Shown: one piece after another, positions 21,124 through 34,350 of the stretch
Layout of the letters: each line of letters starts with the position of its first letter
Position numbering within the stretch: position 1 is the stretch's first letter
Source of the DNA: Salpingoeca rosetta
Lineage: Eukaryota; Protista; Choanoflagellata
Assembly: GCA_033442325.1 (NCBI GenBank)
Contig: JAWQFM010000022.1
Span: forward strand, 1,165,313 to 1,211,109
Direction: 5' to 3'
Length of the DNA: 45,797 nucleotides
The notes under the pieces: model-generated
What the model was told of the DNA's origin: nothing
The model's database searches: none
What the model saw: the letters and a program-made list of their open reading frames with translations, nothing else
Translations under genes and position numbers: made by a program

Positions 21124-22416
21124 CATCGTGATGACTTTATGAAAGTGTTTGTGTCAGATTTCTCACCACCACCATCACCGCCTTGACCACCACGAACCCA
21201 ACGTCAACCTGTTTTTTTTTTTCTTTGTATTGCGACTGCCAGGGCAAGCAAGAGGACTCCATTGGCTCGTCCAACTACCCCCTTCGTGGCGGAAAGCACA
21301 ACGCATATGAGGGCGGTGTGCGCTCCACCGCATTTCTCTCCGGTCCAGCACTCAAGACACTCGCACGTGCGTTCCATTCTGCTTGCTGCATCGTGGTGTT
21401 GTGTGTGTGTGTGTGTGTGTGTGTGGTGGGTGGTGTGTGTGTGTGGTGGGTGGTGGTGTGGTGGTGGTGGGTGGGTNNNNNNNNNNNNNNNNNNNNNNNN
21501 NNNNNNNNNNNNNNNNNNNNNNNNNNNNNNNNNNNNNNNNNNNNNNNNNNNNNNNNNNNNNNNNNNNNNNNNNNNNNNNNNNNNNNNNNNNNNNNNNNNN
21601 NNNNNNNNNNNNNNNNNNNNNNNNNNNNNNNNNNNNNNNNNNNNNNNNNNNNNNNNNNNNNNNNNNNNNNNNNNNNNNNNNNNNNNNNNNNNNNNNNNNN
21701 NNNNNNNNNNNNNNNNNNNNNNNNNNNNNNNNNNNNNNNNNNNNNNNNNNNNNNNNNNNNNNNNNNNNNNNNNNNNNNNNNNNNNNNNNNNNNNNNNNNN
21801 NNNNNNNNNNNNNNNNNNNNNNNNNNNNNNNNNNNNNNNNNNNNNNNNNNNNNNNNNNNNNNNNNNNNNNNNNNNNNNNNNNNNNNNNNNNNNNNNNNNN
21901 NNNNNNNNNNNNNNNAGCGCCACATAACACCACAAATATCTGACGAAAGAAGTGAGTCTACGCGCTTGTTGATTGTTATCATTTCCTCGTCTCTGGACCA
22001 TAAACAGCCACAACCAGCCCAAGTACCGACCCTTATCTCTCTTCCCCTTCCGTGCTTCTGTCCCTGTTCCCTCCCCTGCTTCCCTCCCTAAATCCCCCAT
22101 CGCTCCCCCCCGGGGGCTGCGGGCTGCGCGATTGCAGACGGCGTCGCCCACTGAACCAGAATCGTCACCAATGCCCCATCCCCTCGAACGGAGGTGGTTC
22201 TCGACATTGAGAAGCCCGTCAACCGGAGTGGGTGGCCCCCGAACATGAGCGCAGGCCTTGTTCGCAAGTACCAGTACAAGCTCCACATCGGCGACTGCGG
22301 CCAATTTCATCGCCCAGGTGACACTGACGAGAGTGGGGGAACGTGATGGTTTGTACCTTGGCTGTGGACCGTTTGGTGTACCGGCCCCCCCCTCTCGCTG
22401 ACAATGCGGAGGCGCG

Positions 22417-22515
<99 letters not shown>

Positions 22516-23525
22516 GGCGGGTGCGTGCTTGGCGTCAGTGTGCGTGCATGCGTAACGTTTGTGTGCGGTTGATTGTTTGTGTGGACCTTTGTCCCCTGTT
22601 TCACTCACGTTATTTGTGCGTCCTTATTTTACCGTCACCTGCGTCGCGTGTGTTCAGGCGACTGGTCCAATCCGACACCGTGGACGAACGTGACGGCCTC
22701 CAAGCCATCCACGTACTCGGGCTACCCGTGAGTGAGCGTGGATGATGATGTGCTTGATGTGCATTGTTGCGATGGCACCGGCCTCTTGTGTCGCATCCCA
22801 CACACACGCACCTTGCATACACTCTGCTGTCTTGTTTCCCCATTTTTGACACTCATGCGACATCCTCCTGTGTCACTGGCTGTGCCTAACTGCCTCATCG
22901 CACACTCGCATGCCCACATCTGCACGTTGCATGCACTCATTCCCCGCATACCCACACGCGCCCATTCACACGTGCCTCAATAAATGCCCTTTCTCTTTTC
23001 TCTCTCTCTCTCTGCGCCAACGCGCGCGCAGGTACCAGTTGTTTGATGTGATGAAGGACCCGAACGAACGCCATGACCTGATCAACGACACCGCATACGC
23101 ACACATTGTGGATGAGCTCAAGGCATGTGGCATGTGCAATTCGTTGGGCCAATGGCGCTATTTGCTCGTTGCGTGACATGTCGTTGTGTGGGAGCGCGCG
23201 TGTTTGGTGCGTGTTTAGTTTCCAGAAAGTCGTGTTCCGTGGATTTCGATTTGGCTGTTTGGTTGGGCCATCTCTTCATGAAGGCTTTGCGCATTGCGTG
23301 ACGTCGTGTTTTATTGCTGTGTGTTTTGCGTTGTGCTGGCCCTTGTCGATGCTGCCCCAACCAGCATTTGAGCCTTGCGGCAACATGCCACATCCCAATT
23401 CCCTTGAGCGTGGCGTGGCGCATGCATGACACGAACTACGCCAAAAACCCAGTTCGTTTTGTAATGTAACTCATTCCTTCTGCACACGTCTGCATGCTTG
23501 CGTGCTTGTGTGTGTGTGTGTGTGC

Positions 23526-23592
<67 letters not shown>

Positions 23593-23593
23593 C

Positions 23594-23637
<44 letters not shown>

Positions 23638-23984
23638 GTGCTTTTTGGTTGTTTGCGCGCCCTGTCGGCGTGTGGCAGGCCATCTATGAGCGGGAGCGGG
23701 CTGTTGCACACTACCCCGAGACGCGCGGCCCGCCAGGCAAGCCCGTGTACATTCAGGACCCAAACCCGCTCAGCAGCTCCATGCCCGTGTGGCTGCCCTG
23801 GCTCAACGGCAGCGAGGTGCAGTTCCAGGGCCCAGCTGTGGACGTGGCTGTCTTTGACATTGATCACGATGGTACTGTGTTTCCGCGCGACATTGTCGTC
23901 AACGAACTGCACACGTTTCAAGACGCCGAGCACTTTCCCCAACAACAAGAACAACAACAACAACAGCTGCGGCAGCGGCCTTGA
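18205..23984 (+). CDS. Secreted or lysosomal arylsulfatase (ARSB/ARSI/ARSJ-like, formylglycine-dependent); spans an assembly gap and contains an in-frame TGA
   Basis: Hydrophobic signal, then [28 protein letters not shown] (CxPxR), [39 protein letters not shown] and [14 protein letters not shown]. Exons 18205-18528, 18783-18837, 19035-19143, 19465-19589, 19752-19819, 20074-20199, 20451-20619, 20870-20925, 21243-21366, [gap], 22138-22317, 22658-22727, 23032-23122, 23679-23984. Confidence 0.9.
21477..21915. other. Assembly gap (N run) inside the sulfatase gene
   Basis: Run of n. Confidence 1.
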
Positions 23985-25013
23985 CGATGTTTTGTCCCCT
24001 TCTGCCCCAAGAACAACTGCAACTGCTGCTGCTTCTTTGATGTTCGTGAGTGTTGTCCGTCCTTCTTTGTGCTTCTTTTCTCCGAACTGCCTTGTTTTTT
24101 TTTCCCTTGCCGTTGTTTTGGGTTGTTAACCAACATTGCAGTTGCATGCGTTGGGATGTGATATCGCGGCTCATTCCGCTCGCGGGTGCGACACAAGGAC
24201 ACGATGACTCGCACCAACCGTTGCGTTCTGCATTACATCAGTGGCCACCAGCTTCAAAAAACGGTTGGCGGGTCAGCGTGGTTGGGTCCGTGTGTCGATG
24301 ACGTCAGTGTTCGTAAAACATTTTTCGTTGGAGCCGTCGTTGAGGCAGTCTTGGATTGGAGTTGCACGTGCAAGCGCGATCATTGCAGCATGCAATCCCC
24401 AAAACTCTTCGTACGGTAGCGAAGCTGGGCATTTTCGTTTTGGCTGCACTTTGCCCTCTGAAATCAATCGGGCACATCATTCATGAGTTCACCGTCTTCT
24501 GCATGGAAAAGTCACACGCAAAAAAGCCGACGCGCGGCATCACAGGCAAGGTTTTGGTTGGGGAGGGACAACACTCTCAAAACAGGGCTCGGCTGTCCCT
24601 CCGCCTGTTTACGCTCACGTCATCGCCATTCCTTGTCGGTTGCCTGCCTCCGTGTGCGTCAAAAGCGTCATCTCTTTCTTCTGCCGTGCCTGCACACACA
24701 CACACACGCACAGCACGCATGCGGTGCCATCACCACCAACCCGTTTGCACACCTGTCAAAAACACCACACGGCAACGACCTCATTTTCTCTCCTCCCAAC
24801 TCGCCGCCTGTACCTCCGTGATCGTTTGTTCTCCCTTTCCTTCTTGTGGGTGTTCACGTGTGTTACCCCCCCCCCCCATTGTTCTCCTGATCGCACCCGA
24901 TATCCAAAGACGGCGAGAAGAGCGACGCGCGTTCACGCCACAAAACGACAAGGAGCCACATCGCCCTTCCTTTCTTCGTCCTTCTCCTCAACCTTTACGA
25001 GCAAAAGCCAAGA

Positions 25014-26112
25014 ATGAACTTCACGGCATCCCCTCAGCAGGCCATGTCGCACCTGTTGGCATTGGCACAGCAGCCCGCGCAGCAGTCGCAACAGCCGCAA
25101 CAGCCCCCGGCATCGCTCATGTCGCAAGCAGGCCATTCCCACTTGAGGGCACCTGTCGGTTTCAAGGGTTTCGCCTCCCCAACATCGTCATGGTCTGAGC
25201 ACCAGCTTCAGCAAACCATCCAGCAGCAGTATCATCAACTCCAGCAACTCCAACAACAACAGCAACAGCAGCAGCAACAACAACACCAACAACACCAGCA
25301 CCAACAACACCAACAACACCAACACCAACAACACCAACAACATCAACCAACGTTTGCGACATCGTTCATGCAACAACAGCAGCAACAGCTGCCCTGGCAT
25401 ATGCCACCTGGCATGTTTGGCATGTCTCCCATGCTTGCAAGCACCAGCATCGCCCAAGCACAGCCACAAGCACAGCCACAAGCACAGCCACAAGCACAGC
25501 CACAAACGTTGCCACCCTCGACAACGGCAGCAGCAATCGTGGGTCAGCCACAACAACTGCCACAACAACCGCACCAGCAACAGCAACTGCCACAACCGCC
25601 ATTTCCGTTGCTTTTTCCCATGCTGCAAGGCTATGGAATGCCTCCACAAGCGGCAGCAACAACGGCGGCCCACGTTTCGCTTCCACAGGCGCGCCCGCCC
25701 CATTTAGCAGCCGCGCAATATCAAGCGTTTCCCCCAGTCCATGCGCCTGCAGCCATGCAGGCGTTTCCCCGAGCCGGTACAGGCCTCATCAACAGCAGCC
25801 TGAACATGGCACCATCTCTGGCTGGGCTGGCCGGGCGCGCGAGCGTTGTGGATGCGGACCAAAGCCGCTCTGCCCGCATGCAAGCGTTCTTGGATGACAT
25901 CGAAGCACGGGTGCGTTTCATGTCATTGTCGTTTCGTGCGACCTGCAGTTCTTGTGCTCCATCGCCCACAATGCTGTTCGTGCACTCGGCCAACAAACTA
26001 TATGTGATGTTTCCACATATGTCATTGTTCTCCTTCACCTCTCTCATCTCTCTCACACGCAGCACACGCACGCACACACACACACACACTCACACACACA
26101 CACACACACTCA

Positions 26113-26189
<77 letters not shown>

Positions 26190-26896
26190 ATTATGTGCTG
26201 GTTTCTGTTCTCGTGGTGTGACCACACAGCGTCGCTTCAAGTGCCCAAAGTGCGACAAGCGGTTCACCACCAGCAGCAACCTCAGCCGGCACAAGCGCAT
26301 CCACACCGGTGAGCCGACAACCCATGACAACGACCATGCTTTATCTTGTCTAGCTGTTTGTCCATGTTTCTGCATGGGTTTGTGTGTGATGGTGGTGTTT
26401 TCGTTGTTTCGCTGCGTATCCACGCATCCATCCAGATTCATGGTTGTGAGCGTGCTAGCGTGGCACCCCCCCCCCCGTCTCCACAAAAACAATTGTCGCG
26501 CTACAAGCTTGCGGCTCCTTGCGGCCAGCTCACTAGCGCCAAGATCACGACCCGTGACACCTCTTCTTACACGCCACTCACTTGCATGGCTGTGTCGTGT
26601 CGTCCGCAGGGGTGAAGCCGTATGCGTGCAAGTATTGTCGCTTCCGCTTCAACAACAGCAGCAACCGCAACAAGCACGAGGCCGTGTACTGCAAGCAGCG
26701 CCCGTCGCTCCGTCGCTCTTCTTCCTCGCGCGACGAGGACACCACGCGCCCGCCCTCATCCTCCGCAAACGCGGCTGATGCTGCGGCAGCGCAACAAACC
26801 CCGCTCCCCTCGTCGTCCGAGGGAGATGCGCGCGCAAGCACGGGCGCCAGCAGCCCCACCAGCTCCTCACACTTGTCGAGCCCAGCGAGGACGTAG
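25014..26896 (+). CDS. Q/P-rich transcription factor with one C2H2 and one C2HC zinc finger
   Basis: Exons 25014-25910, 26230-26308 and 26610-26896 give a Q/P-rich N-terminus, then [52 protein letters not shown] with a TGxKPY linker. Confidence 0.88.
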
Positions 26897-27895
26897 CGGA
26901 GAGTGGAACGGGGGCAAGGCGGCAACACGAAGCGTGGGTAAAGAGTGGGTAACGCTGTTCATGCTGATGGTGTTTGGTTTGGTTGTGGTTCTCCTGGTCG
27001 AGCTGTGAAGTTGTGATGTTCATTTTTGGCGAGTCTTCATCCATGTTTCGACATCATCTTTTCATCAGCAACTGCTTAGTCGGTTGTCGAGCGTCTGTGT
27101 ATGCTCCTCGCTTCACTTCATTGGGTTTTGTTACTCTACGTGAGTCCGTCTTGGAAGTGACATGATTTCGTGTGGGGCTTTCATTGCGCTCTCTGACGCG
27201 TTGACGCGCCAGTGCTTGGTCTTGTTGTCTTGACGGCTCTTCATTGCTTCCTTGGGTTCATAGTGCTTCCTTGTGGAGTGACATCTTTGGGTCTATTCAG
27301 CAGCCCCTTCTGCTTTGCGTGAGAGCATGGCTTCTCTCGGCGCGCTTTTCGTCTCGCCTCTCGCCGTGGGCGTGTTTGTTTGTTGTAGTCGTTCTTCGTT
27401 GCCTTGTGTGTGTGACAGTCTTCTACTGTCACCAGAGTGGAAGAGCGAGGGAGTGGGAGTGGGAGTGGGGCTGGGTAGTGCGGTTCTTTTCTTGGGGAGG
27501 GGGGGGGGGTTCCCCCCACACTTCCCGTTGTTTGCGTGTTTACACAGTCTTTCTTCATTGCCAGTCATCGTCAGTCTTCTTGTGCGTTGTCCGAAATCAC
27601 ATTGAAAGGATGAGCGCCGGAACGCATCTCAAACACAGGCACCAGGGCAGAACAGCGGTGATGTGATGTCAAGACTGTGCGATCTGACCTGGCCACCTTG
27701 CGTCGCGCACATCGTCACTCACTGCTCCGTACATGCAGAGCAGACACGTGACAGCGTGAGAGCGTGGATCGATGCGGCCTTGCAATTGTGCGAGTCACGT
27801 CCTTCCTTCAGTCCTTATTCTGTTCGGGCTTGTTGGTTTTAAAAGCGCATCGAATCTGAAACAAAAACCTTGTTGTCTGACTTGGCAAAAGGACG

Positions 27896-30160
27896 ATGCT
27901 GGCGGATGTGAGTGGTGGTGGCGGTGGTGGCGGCAGCGGCAGCAGCACGACGTCTGTTGTTGGGCTGGCACTGCTGCCCGTCTTTGCTGCGGGGGCATGG
28001 CTTGGCACGGTGCGCCTTATTCCTGCCATGGCCCCGCTCTTGGAGCGGGCGGGCATCGCAGGCGTCGATCTCAACAAACCAGGCTCCACCAAGAAAATGT
28101 GAGCGCGCGCGTGTGTGTGTTCGTGAACACGTGTGTGTGAACGTGTGTGTGTGTGTGTGAACGTGTGTAAACGTGTGTGGATGTGTGCTGATGTGTGTGG
28201 ATGCGTGCGTATGCGTGTGTGTGTGTATGTGTGCGTGTGTGGATGTGTCTGCAACCTTGTGTGAAGTGAGCAAGTGTGTACATGCCGTGGAGCTGCACAT
28301 TTGTCTGCATGTGTATGTTTGGGGCAGTGGACGACGAGTCATGCACACGAAAGAGATCTTACCCGCGCCTTGGCTGTGACTTGCTGTTGACAGACCGGAG
28401 GCCGTTGGTGTTGTGTGCGGGCTGGTGTACCTGGTAACGCTCTTCTTGTACATCCCCTTTCACTTTGATTCCTTCCTTCTCAACTCGGACAAGCGCGACG
28501 ACTTTCCACACGAGAAGGTGCGCTTGCGTGAGAATGTGTGTGTGCGTGTGCGTGTGCGTGTGTGTGTGTGTGTGTGTATGTGTGTGTGTGTGTGTGCGTG
28601 TGCGTGTGCGTGTGCGCGCTTGTGTGTACGTGTGCGCACTTGTGTGAAACTGCTTCCGGGCACGCGAGTGACCTTGCGTCTTGGGTTGGCTCTAGCGCTG
28701 TCTTTGTTTGCTCATGTGTTGTGGATGCGGTGGTGTGGTCTGATGGTCGTGCAGTTTGTGGAATTTGTGTGTGCCTTGCTGAGCATCTGCTGCATGATCT
28801 TCCTTGGGTTTGCCGACGACGTCCTCAACTTGGCATGGAGGTGTGTGCGCATGTTTGTGCGCATGTGTGTGTATGCGTGTGCGTGTGTGTATGCGTGTGC
28901 GTATGTGTGTGCGCATGTGTGTGTGCATGTGTGCATGTGTGTGTATGTATTGTATGACAGAGGTTTCGACATTCAGTGTGCAGTGTGCAGTGTGCAGTGT
29001 GTTGTGAGTGGCATGCAGTGACTGGTTCCTTGTCGCATGGAGTTGAACCGGTGCAACTGCACACCACGATTCACGTCCTTCTTTGCTTGCTCCGTAGGCA
29101 CAAGCTGTGGCTGCCGACGGTTGCGTCGCTGCCGCTGCTCATGGTGTATTACGTCAATGTCGGGTCCACGTGGGTGCTGGTGCCGCCATTCATGCGTGAA
29201 TGGGTGGGCGGGGAAACCATCAACTTGGGTGCGTGTGCGTGTGTGTATGTGTGTGCGTGTGTGCGTGTGTGCGTGTGTGCGTGTGCGTGTGTGCGTGTGT
29301 GCGCGTGCGTGCGTGCGTGCGTGGGTGTGTGTATGTGTGTGTAGTGTGATGGTGCACACAATGTCGTGGTGCACATAATGTCGTGACATGTATGAAGTGT
29401 GCATCACGGGTGTCCACGCGCTTCGGTTCGAGATTGGTTGCAGCTCTTGGACGCATTCAGTGATCGCACACGTGTCCTCACCCCACACGCGCCATGCATA
29501 CACCTCTTGTGCCTTTCCCGCTTCCTCATTAGGGTATCTGTTCTACGTGTACATGAGCATGCTTGCCGTGTTCTGCACGAATGCAATCAACATCATGGCG
29601 GGCATCAACGGGGTGGAGGCCGGGCAGTCGCTCATCATCGCCGCCTCCCTCGTCATCCTCAACATCGTCCTCTCCTTCATGGTGCGCTTGTGTATGTGAT
29701 GTTGTGCTATGTTGTGCTGTGGTGTGCTGTGTCGCGTGACTGGTGCATACACACTTTGCACGACCGTTGCTGTTTGGTTTGAATATCGTGCCAGCCTGCG
29801 CTGTATGCTCGGGGTGCTAATGGAACCCATCACCACATCGACGACACGGCAACAACACGACACCACCCTGCAGGGCCAGAGCGACCACCACCTCATCTCG
29901 CTCTGCTTGCTGCTGGTGAGTTGCTTGAGCGCTGCACACGACCGAAAAGGAAGCAGGGGGAGGAAAGGGGAGGATGTTTGAGGGTTGGCCATCAGCTTGA
30001 CATTGTCATGTCACACACGTCATGCGTCCACAGTCCTCACAGTCTGTTTCTGTCCCCGCCNNNNNNNNNNNNNNNNNNNNNNNNNNNNNNNNNNNNNNNN
30101 NNNNNNNNNNNNNNNNNNNNNNNNNNNNNNNNNNNNNNNNNNNNNNNNNNNNNNNNNNNN

Positions 30161-30242
<82 letters not shown>

Positions 30243-30487
30243 ATGCCTTTGTACCACGAACATCAAACGACACCAAAACAACATCAAAACAACACCACCA
30301 CCCTGTGCACGGGTGTGCGCGTATGTGTTAGCCGTTCTGCGGAGTGACTGCCGGACTGTTGCGCTTCAACTGGTTTCCAAGCTCCGTCTTTGTCGGCGAC
30401 ACATTCTGCTATTTTGCAGGTATTGGATGTTTACCCATGTGTTGATCAGGCTCCACACACACACACACGCACACACACACACACACA

Positions 30488-30523
<36 letters not shown>

Positions 30524-31408
30524 GCACACACACACAGACACTCTTACATGTCCGTCCTCCCCCCCCCCCCACCGCAGGGATGACGTTTGCTGTTGCCGCG
30601 ATCCTGGGCCACTTCAGCCGCACGCTCCTCCTCTTCCTCGCCCCACAGACATTCAACTTTGTCCTCAGCGTGCCCCAGCTCTTCAAGATTGTGCCGTGCC
30701 CACGACACCGCATGCCACGGTCTGCACACATGTGCATGTGTGTGTGCGTGTGTGCGTGCATATATGAATGTGCGTGCGCTTGCATTAAAGGCTGTGCACA
30801 CACACATCCACACATGTAGACGACCACCTGAAGCGTTCGTGTTCGTGTGAGTTGCAGGGCGCTCACATTGGCTTGTGCTGTCACATTCGTCATCTGTGTG
30901 TGTGTGCGTGTGTGTGTGTGTGTGTGTGTCAGGGTGAATGCGCGGACGGGTTTGCTTGAGCCGAGCGTGGTGGAGGTGCCACTCAAGTCCACGTCCTCCC
31001 TCGGCCTTTGGTGCATCGCCGTCGCACGGTGCGGTGGTCACATGGCCGCTTGGCGACACGTGTGAAGGGATGGCGATGAGGTGGTGGTGGTGGTGGTGGT
31101 GGTGTGTGTGTGTGCATGTGTGTGTATGTGTGTGTGTGTGCATGTGTGTATGTATGTGTGCATGTATGTGTGCATGTGTGTGTATGTGTGTATGTATGTA
31201 TGTGTGTGTATGTGCGTGTATCATGCCTTTATTCACGTTGTCCAGCATTTATGCTGGCACCATTGCTGCAGGATGGTCGGGCTGGTGCGGGTGGTTGAGA
31301 GCACGGACGAGCGGTTGGTTGTGACCAACTTCACTGTCATCAACACCGTCCTCACCATTGCCGGTCCAATGCATGAGCGCAACCTCGTCATGTGCATCCT
31401 CTTCATCC

Positions 31409-31501
<93 letters not shown>

Positions 31502-31679
31502 TTTGCGTACGTCGCTGTGTAAGGTTTTGTGTGCCACGTCACCCGCCCCTTCTCTGCACGTGTCTCCGTCCCCTGTCACCACAACATCGCTCATGTTGCC
31601 CCCACCTCCTCCTCTTCATTTGCAGGTCGTGTGCAGCGTCGTTGCGCTCGCCCTTCGCTTTGGTGTTCTCTTCGTCTGA
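27896..31679 (+). CDS. DPAGT1: UDP-GlcNAc:dolichyl-phosphate GlcNAc-1-phosphotransferase (ALG7/GPT)
   Basis: 11 exons: 27896-28098, 28394-28517, 28755-28840, 29098-29228, 29533-29681, 29874-29915, 30332-30419, 30578-30719, 30933-31028, 31272-31410, 31626-31679. Motifs [66 protein letters not shown] and PCPRHRMPR. Confidence 0.96.
30061..30160. other. 100-N assembly gap in DPAGT1 intron 6
   Basis: Run of n next to a (CA)n tract. The flanking exons splice in frame across it. Confidence 1.
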
Positions 31680-31999
31680 ACCGAACACATGCGTGTGTAA
31701 ATGAGCGTTAACGTGTGCACACATGTGCACGTATGTGTTGGGTTCATGTTTATGGACAGCGAGAAGAGAGTAAGGGAGAAAGGGAGAAAGAGTGAAAGAG
31801 TGAGAATACAGCCACTTGGAAAGCAGTCAACAGCGGCCACAACGAGAATGGAAACATGCACGCACACGCACACAATGGAGAGGAGAAGGGGAGCATTTAT
31901 CCAAACCACCATCAGTTCACCACCAACATCCAAACCACCAACATACATCAACCGCCACCACACCACATCGTACGACTGTGTCCACCGCGACTGCCGCCA

Positions 32000-32894
32000 T
32001 CACTCGTCGTCGGTCTTTGCGCGCTTTGTGATTGGCTCGCGCTGCCGGAAACGATATGACCTGCCCCTCTCCCTCCTCGATGACGATGACGATGACGACG
32101 ATGACGTCTTCTTGGCATCGTGCTGTGCTACACCGCGTGCAATCGCTCGGCTCAATCTGAACAGGAATGGGGATGGGGTGTGTGTGTGTGTGAAATGTAA
32201 AGGGGGTGAGATGATGCTTTTGGGGGACGTGGGGAGACGCTGTTGATCACGGATTGATGATGAACAAGGGGGCAAGCTTACAACAAATACACACAGAGTG
32301 AAAGACAAGAGTGACAGACAGAGTGACGGACAGGCAGACAAAGACACAGACAGACAGACAGACACAGACACAGACACACACCACAAGACGGACCTCTTTG
32401 CGGCGTGGACCTGCTGGAGATACGCGGTTGTCTGCTGCTGCATGCGCGCCATCTCCGCTCGCAGGCGATACCGGCGACTCGCCTTCTCGTACTCTGCACA
32501 CATGCACACATACGCATAATAGGAGTGATGAGTATGAAAGCCGTAAACACACACACACACACACAGACACGCAGACACACAGACACACACAGTCCTCTTG
32601 GTTGCTGGTGCAACAGCCCCTCCCTCCCCTCCCCCTCATGTACACCGCACCCATGCGCTCCTGAAGATGGTGCCACTTGAACTTGGGAAGATACTTCATG
32701 TTCCACAGGAAATCGTGGTGGAAGTTGTTCTTCTTCCCGCCTGGGCACACGAGCAGCAGCAGCAGCAGGATGTGGTGTTCACGTGTCAGTGGCAAACGGA
32801 GATGGTGAGGAGGATAACCATGGAACAAGGACAGCTGCGTGGTCAAACTCACAATCAAACACGTATGCATGTACACACACACACACACGCACAC

Positions 32895-32941
<47 letters not shown>

Positions 32942-33984
32942 CACGCACACACACACACACCAACGAGAGAGCCGTTGAGCATGGCCGCGACTTTCTTTGC
33001 CGTCTTCTTCTTGATAAACTCAACCCAGCCTGAGGAGGAGCACATGTAAACAAAGCCAACGTGAACACAGTGAAACACAGCCGGAGCAAAGCTGTAGCCG
33101 GTGCACTCGGCATGGCATTGCATTGATCCACTTGCCGCACGCACACGCACCTTCGGAGAAGTTGGTCTTCTTGCTTCCCCCACGCTCCATCCTGCGCTTG
33201 CGAATCTTGGGATCTGATCAACGTGCATGGCAATCACCATATGAGCCACAAAGGTTGTGACAACTCAACACACGCCATGGTGCCAGTCCGCGCATGTCAT
33301 CATTCACGTGCTACAGAGGGGCGTGCTTCGCTCTCACACGCACATTGCACACGTGTGCACGCGTACGAGTAGGCGCGTGCACAAATGTGCAACCCACACG
33401 TGAACGCAACATTCATCCCACCCCCTCCAACACACACCTTCTGGTTGGAGGAAGATGCGGTCCACCTCTCCAAACTTGGACATGATGTGGCGCAGCTTGG
33501 CAGGCTTCATGTAAGGCGGGATGGTGCTGAGATAGATGATGCCGCGCTCGTGCTTCTTGCCGTCCTTGGATGTTGTGGATGACAATGTGGTATTCCTGAA
33601 CAGGCCACCGCCGAGGTCTTCGTTGTTCGCCTCTGTCTTGCCATTTCCTTCGCCATCTGCCGTCTCCTCTCCTTTGTCGTCCTCTTCATCGTCATTGTCG
33701 TCCTCTTCATCGTCCTCTCCATCCTCGTCCTCTTCTTCATTATTGCTGTCTTCGCCATCATCCTCTTCATCAACATCATCCTCGTCATCCCCCTTATCAT
33801 CGTCCTCGTCATCTGCACTCTGAGCCTCTTCATTGTCACCTTCCTCTTCTTCCCGAGTCATTGTATTACTCTCCCGTGTATCCAGCACATCCTCTTTCAC
33901 CTCCTCCTCCTCCTGCACCTCTTCCTCCTTCCTTCGCTTCGCTGTGCTCCGTCCAGCCTTCTTCATCTTGTGCCCAGCAGCCAT
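32000..33984 (-). CDS. ABT1: Pre-rRNA processing protein ESF2 / activator of basal transcription 1
   Basis: Exons 33984-33438, 33213-33151, 33029-32961, 32740-32651, 32493-32394 and 32156-32000 give an acidic N-terminus, then GIIYLSTIPPYMKPAKLRHIMSKFGEVDRIFLQPED, FSEGWVEF, LNGSLVGGKK, DFLWNMKYLPKFKWHHLQE and RLRAEMA. Confidence 0.94.
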
Positions 33985-34350
33985 GGATGGTGTTCGTCGT
34001 CTGCTGTGTCGCGACACGAGGGTGCTGAAAATTCACACTTATCTTCACCGAATCCTCTACAACGGCTTCCACTGTGCACACAAACAACAGCAACGACGCA
34101 CAACAGCATTGTCTTGCTGATTCGCTCGCTTGCTCGGTCCACACCATTCCAACGACCTTTCATACCTTCGTCGCTACTGCTGCTGCTGCTGCTGCTGCTG
34201 CTACTTGCTGCTGCTGCCGCCGTCGAACAGCTTGCTTTGAGTGGCTGTGGTGACAAGAGGCAGAGCCGTTGTGTGTGTGTGACGACGTCGTGAGCTTGGC
34301 TTGTTGTTGTGAGGATTGTGCGTCTGGTGTGCAGTGGAGCGGTCGAGACC

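Noticed and set aside
24356-25198. 280-aa ORF overlapping the zinc-finger gene start
   Set aside because: No recognisable domain, includes repeat-derived HTHT, and overlaps the better-supported ORF in another frame; probably promoter or 5'UTR.
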